In this document: positions 46,001 to 49,382 of the stretch, in pieces
Layout of the letters: every line of letters starts with the position of its first letter
Position numbering within the stretch: the stretch's first letter is position 1
Source of the DNA: Candidatus Buchananbacteria bacterium CG10_big_fil_rev_8_21_14_0_10_33_19
GTDB lineage: Bacteria; Patescibacteriota; Patescibacteriia; 2-01-FULL-39-33
Direction: 5' to 3'
Length of the DNA stretch: 49,382 nucleotides
Assembly (NCBI GenBank): GCA_002773855.1
Contig: PEZY01000002.1
Location: 1 to 49,382, forward strand
Program-made: the position numbers and the translations under genes
The notes under the pieces: generated by a model
The model's input: the letters and a program-made list of their open reading frames with translations, nothing else
The model's database searches: none
Told to the model about the DNA's origin: nothing

Positions 46001-46114
46001 CGAGCTATTATGTCTCGAGCCGACGTGCTCTATGGTGTAACTATGCAGGGTGATGGTGTGTCTCGTATTTTAAGTTTAAAATTAGAACAGGCTGAAAAAA
46101 TAGTTAAGAGTTAA
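43034..46114 (+). CDS. smc: SMC chromosome segregation ATPase
   Basis: Walker A GPNGSGKSN, long coiled coils, hinge region, signature LSGGEKTMTALAL, Walker B ILFDEVDAALD. Confidence 0.95.
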   Translation: MYLQRIELQGFKSFANKTILEFPAPALNKKSSNQDIKNVCGITAIVGPNGSGKSNVVDAVRWVLGEQSLKLLRGKKSTDIIFSGSAKKTQMGLAEVSLYLNNEDNLAPIDYSEIVITRKLYRDGESEYLLNKNSVRLFDIIMLLAKANFGQNTYSIIGQGMVDKIVNYSSQERKEFFDEATGVKQFQIKRDRSVNKLKKSRENLAQAQTLINELEPHLKMLTRQVNRLRKRQEIEVELKEAWEKYYGKQWLELDDSYKELIISVTSYDKNKLKLEQEIEILQDKLNILSEENSRSEEFDKLQKEYNKLTEDKNNILKDLTVTSGKLDLEYSKVGKQNLSWLEGRKNELKKRLLEINEELDSYKLKINIKKKDLSELESNINKINNELTVSQNNLQIIQEELYKTRGSEKNNYFLESIKSVLRQKNNISGIYGTVGEIGKIDKKYETALATAVGSRIWGIIVESDEVAVKCINYLKANKLSSLTFFPLNKIKSYPIDMYSDNHSGSLGMAIDLISYADKFEKVFQHILGDTLVVQNAEDARNIGIGSRRMVTLDGDMFEKTGVMRGGYRRQGSVTWTVLVDNKLITQEERIKEFANLKSDIESKHRVRDNIISQMNDLRVEIRLSEDKINNLNIELSAFKKEQDKIDGDIKESSLTPEERNKFSDELITQKNKLEKDSLDIEKQVLTARKKIDQFNSAEEEKKKEVFSLQQNMHLQQIDLNNVVNLLNEVRIKLAKVETKKEDLFLTMRQDLGDDYRPKTNIDFTDIDLLELENIINKCKKQLELIGGTDPEVEKEYIEVQERFDFLSSQSIDLDKAIGDLEKVVVELDKIIKKQFEGEFKKINADFSRFFKKLFDGGAAKLVLVQKDLTEAEQIKEEIEHMELTDQIVEINNPEKTEIHIEDRSFLANMGIDIEACPPGKKIKNINVLSGGEKTMTALALVCSIISNNPSPFILFDEVDAALDEENSRKFSDIIEELSHKTQFITITHNRAIMSRADVLYGVTMQGDGVSRILSLKLEQAEKIVKS

Positions 46115-46119
46115 TATAT

Positions 46120-46148
46120 TTGACATATTGTCTTTTTTCTGCTAAATT
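46120..46148 (+). promoter_or_regulatory. rpsP promoter
   Basis: TTGACA (46120-46125), 17-nt spacer, TAAATT (46143-46148). Confidence 0.5.
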
Positions 46149-46254
46149 AAGCCTACACCGTCATGTGCTCAATTAATAATAATAAGTCTTCAAATTTAGT
46201 GCTAGACACTAGAAATTAAGAGATGATATTAATTGAATAATAATATAAAAATAC

Positions 46255-46707
46255 ATGTTATCAATAAGATTTGTCAGAATTGGCAAAAAGAAATACCCAA
46301 TTTATAGAATTGTGGTAATGGAAAAAGGTAAGAACCCAAAAAGTTCTTATTTAGAAAATCTAGGTACTTATAATCCTCACACTAAGGAGAATACCGTAAA
46401 AAAAGACCGCGCAAAATATTGGTTAGATAAAGGTGCTGGTTTGACTGCTACGGTTCATAACTTGTTTGCCGGTCAAGGCATAATTAAAGATGATAAAATT
46501 AGAGCCTCTAAATCAAAACCAGGTAAAAAGAAACAAAAAGAAATTGATTTAAAGAAAGCTGAAGAAGAAGCAGCTAAAAAAGCAGCAGAGGCTGAAAAAG
46601 CAGCCGCTGAAGAAGCAGCAAAAGTAGCTGCAGAGACTCCAACAGAAACTACTCCAGAAGTTGAAACTACAGAAGAAAAACCAACTGAAGAAGTAAAAGT
46701 TGAATAA
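46255..46707 (+). CDS. rpsP: Ribosomal protein S16 with an Ala/Glu/Lys-rich C-terminal extension
   Basis: MLSIRFVRIGKKKYPIYRIVV...GTYNPHT...YWLDKGA. The tail reads AEEEAAKKAAEAEKAAAEEAAK. Confidence 0.9.
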   Translation: MLSIRFVRIGKKKYPIYRIVVMEKGKNPKSSYLENLGTYNPHTKENTVKKDRAKYWLDKGAGLTATVHNLFAGQGIIKDDKIRASKSKPGKKKQKEIDLKKAEEEAAKKAAEAEKAAAEEAAKVAAETPTETTPEVETTEEKPTEEVKVE

Positions 46708-46723
46708 AATCCTTTATATAAAG

Positions 46724-46748
46724 ACAGTCATAAAAGTGACTGTTTTTA
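46724..46748 (+). terminator. Intrinsic terminator after rpsP
   Basis: ACAGTCA-TAAAAG-TGACTGT followed by TTTT. Confidence 0.65.
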
Positions 46749-46750
46749 TA

Positions 46751-46779
46751 TTGACAAAAGACCTGTCATTTACTATAAT
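46751..46779 (+). promoter_or_regulatory. Consensus promoter of the KH-protein gene
   Basis: TTGACA (46751-46756), 17-nt spacer, TATAAT (46774-46779), followed by a ~92-nt structured leader. Confidence 0.6.
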
Positions 46780-46878
46780 GATTATAGTCCTATTAGTCTG
46801 AAAGGGACTGAAAAAGTTGCACTTAGGTCCGCAACTTGTGAAAGACTAATATTTAAAAAATAAAGAGTAAAGAAAGCT

Positions 46879-47220
46879 ATGGCTCAGGAACAAGACGCAC
46901 AATTCGTAGAAGCAATCGTTAAAGAGATTGTTGCTAATCCTGGTGACGTGAAAGTTGACAGGACTGTTGATGAGAGAGGTGTTTTATTAACTTTAACAGT
47001 TAATCCTTCTGATATCGGTTATGTAATCGGTAAACAAGGTCAAACAGCAAGAGCAATTAGAACTTTGACCAAAATTATTGGTGCTAAGAACAATGCTCGA
47101 GTTAATCTAAAAATCAATGAACCAGAGGGTTCAGAGAGAAGACCAAGAAGAGATGATTCTCATTCTCATTCTCCAGAACAGTCTATGGATACTGATGTAG
47201 TAGGTGATTTAGAAATATAA
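46879..47220 (+). CDS. KH-domain RNA-binding protein (YlqC/UPF0109) with a charged C-terminal tail
   Basis: VKEIVANPGDVKVD...IGYVIGKQGQTARAIRTL (GxxG KH loop). Confidence 0.85.
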   Translation: MAQEQDAQFVEAIVKEIVANPGDVKVDRTVDERGVLLTLTVNPSDIGYVIGKQGQTARAIRTLTKIIGAKNNARVNLKINEPEGSERRPRRDDSHSHSPEQSMDTDVVGDLEI

Positions 47221-47248
47221 ATTCCTAAATAGCTTTATACTATAACAG

Positions 47249-47283
47249 AAGCTCTGCCAATTAGGTGGGGCTTTTGTTTTTTT
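47249..47283 (+). terminator. Intrinsic terminator after the KH gene
   Basis: AAGCTCTGC...GTGGGGCTT stem (includes G-U pairs) followed by a long T-run. Confidence 0.55.
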
Positions 47284-47287
47284 GTAA

Positions 47288-47315
47288 TTGACAAAAAAGG
47301 TTATCATGGTACTAT
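47288..47315 (+). promoter_or_regulatory. Promoter with an extended -10
   Basis: TTGACA (47288-47293), 16-nt spacer ending in TGg, TACTAT (47310-47315). Confidence 0.45.
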
Positions 47316-47349
47316 ATTGATAGTTCTTTGTAACCGAGGAGTATATACC

Positions 47350-47565
47350 ATGATTATTACCAGACATAAGATAGAAATTGAAAGTGGACCTGCTTGTTTG
47401 CTGGTTTATTATGTAAATAAAGGTGACCAGAAGATTGAGGTTGGTCGTACTTTTTGGAGCGATTTGTTTAGTGTTTTAGGAGCAGTAAATGAATATGAAA
47501 ATGGTTTATTAGCAGCTCTTAAATTTGCTTTTGGTGAAACCGAGACCATAATAATGTCAGAGTAA
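47350..47565 (+). CDS. 71-aa hypothetical protein occupying the usual rimM position
   Basis: SD GAGGAG lies upstream of ATG 47350. The longer TTG start at 47317 abuts the -10 box, so it was not used. No RimM motifs. It has its own terminator at 47571-47593. Confidence 0.5.
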   Translation: MIITRHKIEIESGPACLLVYYVNKGDQKIEVGRTFWSDLFSVLGAVNEYENGLLAALKFAFGETETIIMSE

Positions 47566-47570
47566 TCTAG

Positions 47571-47593
47571 GCCAGTAATAAACTGGCTTTTTT
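47571..47593 (+). terminator. Intrinsic terminator
   Basis: GCCAGT-AATAA-ACTGGC followed by T6. Confidence 0.65.
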
Positions 47594-47618
47594 ATTTAAA
47601 AACTCTTATTATTAAATT

Positions 47619-48281
47619 ATGAAACAATTTGATGTTATTACAATTTTTCCTCATATTTTAGATTCTTATATTAATGAGTCATTGTTTTTGCGGGCTCAAA
47701 AAAATAAAGTTTTAAAAATAAAAACCCATTATTTAAGACAGTGGACTAAAGACAGACATCAAACTGTCGACGACAAACCATATGGTGGTGGTGTCGGTTT
47801 GGTGTTTAAAGCCGATATAATTATGAAAGCCCTAGCTAGTATTAAAAGACAGAAAAAAAGCCGAGTGATTTTGACTGCGGCTAATGGTAAAACTTTTAAT
47901 CAAAAAACAGCTCAACGATTATCTAAATATGATCAATTAATTTTTGTTTGCCCTCGGTATGAAGGCGTAGATGCACGGGTAGAAAAAATGGTTGATGAGA
48001 AAATATCTATAGGTGATTACATTTTAACTGGTGGTGAATTACCAGCTATGGTAATTATGGATGCGGTGTCTAGGCATTATCCAACTTTTGTTGGCAAACA
48101 GGAATCAGTGCAAGATGAATCTTTTTCTAAAGACAATTATTTAGAATATCCGCAATACACTAGGCCGGAAGAAGTTAAGTATCAAGGTAAAAAGTTGAAA
48201 GTTCCAAGTGTTCTTTTGTCTGGTAATCACGCCAAGATAAAAGAATGGAGAGTCAAGAAGTCTAAATCACAGAATACATAA
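47619..48281 (+). CDS. trmD: tRNA (guanine37-N1)-methyltransferase
   Basis: FDVITIFPHIL..., DDKPYGGGVGLV, GRYEGVDARV-type motif (CPRYEGVDARV), LTGGELPAMV. Confidence 0.9.
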   Translation: MKQFDVITIFPHILDSYINESLFLRAQKNKVLKIKTHYLRQWTKDRHQTVDDKPYGGGVGLVFKADIIMKALASIKRQKKSRVILTAANGKTFNQKTAQRLSKYDQLIFVCPRYEGVDARVEKMVDEKISIGDYILTGGELPAMVIMDAVSRHYPTFVGKQESVQDESFSKDNYLEYPQYTRPEEVKYQGKKLKVPSVLLSGNHAKIKEWRVKKSKSQNT

Positions 48282-48348
48282 TGTATAACTTAAAACGTAT
48301 AGCAATATTATGCGTTTTTTTATGTTTATTTTTTAATTGTAAAAATAT

Positions 48349-48385
48349 TATAAAAATTGCTAAAATAAGCTAAATTTGTATTATT
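48349..48385 (+). repeat. 37-nt module, copy 1 (35/37 identical to 48787-48823)
   Basis: TATAAAAATTGCTAAAATAAGCTAAATTTGTATTATT, located 25 nt upstream of a -35 box. Confidence 0.85.
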
Positions 48386-48410
48386 TACATTTGTAATATA
48401 ATCATAACAC

Positions 48411-48439
48411 TTGACAAAATATCAATGATGTGATATACT
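48411..48439 (+). promoter_or_regulatory. Promoter driving the unclassified RNA
   Basis: TTGACA (48411-48416), 17-nt spacer, TATACT (48434-48439). Confidence 0.55.
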
Positions 48440-48445
48440 AGCTTT

Positions 48446-48698
48446 GTTAGGTACACGGATGTTGAGAGAAGTAGTCGACGCTTCGAAGACAACACACCAT
48501 AAAAAGTGTACCATAGCTATGTAGTCGACCTTCCAGGTAAAGAAATCTCCATCTCCTGGAAAAGACTAAGAAGGCTTGGAGAATAACACAAGAGAAGCTC
48601 ACCCACTCTTGGTTAGGCCGCTCGGTTGGGACAAATCAGTTCCCGATCGATTAAAGCCTGGGTGGCCTCGTTCTGCAGAACGAGGCTTTATTTTTTTT
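48446..48698 (+). ncRNA. Unclassified ~250-nt structured RNA with its own promoter and terminator
   Basis: No SD-led ORF. Local GC is about 40-50% against about 15-20% in the flanks. Hairpins: 48450-48512, 48531-48561, 48590-48610, 48623-48649. Terminator at 48665-48698. The 5' end is inferred from the -10 position. Confidence 0.45.
48665..48698 (+). terminator. Strong intrinsic terminator
   Basis: GCCTCGTTCTGCAGAACGAGGC followed by TTTATTTTTTTT. Confidence 0.8.
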
Positions 48699-48786
48699 GT
48701 TAAAGATTATATAAAAGACTTGTGTATATAGTGTGAATTAGTTTTATAAAAAATCTTTTAAAATTAGTTAAAATTTAAAAAACTTG

Positions 48787-48823
48787 TATAAAAATTACTA
48801 AAATAAGCTAAATTTATATTATT
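48787..48823 (+). repeat. 37-nt module, copy 2
   Basis: TATAAAAATTACTAAAATAAGCTAAATTTATATTATT, located 33 nt upstream of a -35 box. Confidence 0.85.
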
Positions 48824-48856
48824 CTTTAATTTTAGCCAAATAACTTTAATTAACTA

Positions 48857-48885
48857 TTGACAAGACTAGTAAAATAGAATATAAT
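48857..48885 (+). promoter_or_regulatory. Consensus promoter, probably the rRNA operon promoter
   Basis: TTGACA (48857-48862), 17-nt spacer, TATAAT (48880-48885). A ~420-nt structured leader precedes the 16S. Confidence 0.55.
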
Positions 48886-49302
48886 TATTAAGCAAAGATC
48901 AAGTGAACCGACCCCACCCTAAAGGGTGTGGCATCAGGGCGGTTCAAATGAAAGGAGTCGGCTCCGCTCGACAATAATTTTCTCATACTGGCCTTCATAT
49001 CAAAGATATTCGGCCAACAACATTATAAAAATAAACCCTTCTCCACATAAACATTAAAATCTGTTTTTTAAAGAGAAAAAACAGTGGTATCTAAGAGATT
49101 CATCGGTTACAAATCGATGGTTCGAAAAATTGGATCCCTCTGTTTTTTCTTTTCTCTGAAATACGAAAAATAATAATGTGAAAAGAAAAGTAAATTGACA
49201 ATTGAAAAGCAATTTAAACAATGTGAGCCCAAAATCAATTTTTTATTTCCGATTTATCGGAAAGCAACATAACGGTTAGCATCTGGCCGTAATCTAGATG
49301 CA

Positions 49303-49382
<80 letters not shown>

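Noticed and set aside
48446-48698. tmRNA, because GUAGUCGACG resembles the GGAUUCGAC region
   Set aside because: There is no GGGG acceptor start, no T-arm or CCA-proximal acceptor strand at the 3' end, and no tag reading frame ending in a hydrophobic tail.

Overview
AT-rich (roughly 30% GC by eye), tightly packed bacterial chromosome segment that looks like a small-genome Patescibacteria/CPR-type organism; this lineage call is an inference from composition, gene content and the pilin-like family. No searches were run, so all family calls rest on motifs read from the translations. The window opens in the 3' end of a 23S rRNA followed by 5S rRNA, and closes in the 5' end of a 16S rRNA. Between them lie: the dnaN-dnaA / rpmH-rnpA-yidD-yidC origin region; replication and repair genes (polA, holA, ruvB, ruvC, family-4 UDG, smc); translation genes (rplS, rpsT, rpsP, trmD, queA); six tRNAs; an envelope glycosylation set (Wzx-like flippase, O-antigen-ligase-like protein, several GTs, a GT-C membrane transferase, PGI/PMI, class A PBP); bactofilin; and an orphan solute-binding lipoprotein followed by five tandem T4SS-pilin-like paralogs. 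Standard genetic code; TGA is used as a stop. No CRISPR array, transposase, integrase or recognisable defence system was seen. Most interesting observations: (1) tRNA-Ser(CGA) has a perfectly duplicated 37-nt 5' half bracketing a 381-bp GIY-YIG cassette, with two GC-rich hairpins after the orphan half. (2) The solute-binding protein plus pilin-like paralog array sits next to a GC-rich lipoprotein gene. (3) Two unclassified structured RNAs flank the rRNA genes: one downstream of 5S, and one of about 250 nt with its own consensus promoter and terminator just upstream of the 16S promoter. (4) A 37-nt module is repeated upstream of both of those promoters. (5) The classical rpsP-KH-rimM-trmD-rplS operon is broken into monocistronic units, with an orphan 71-aa ORF in the rimM slot and rplS relocated into a tRNA cluster.
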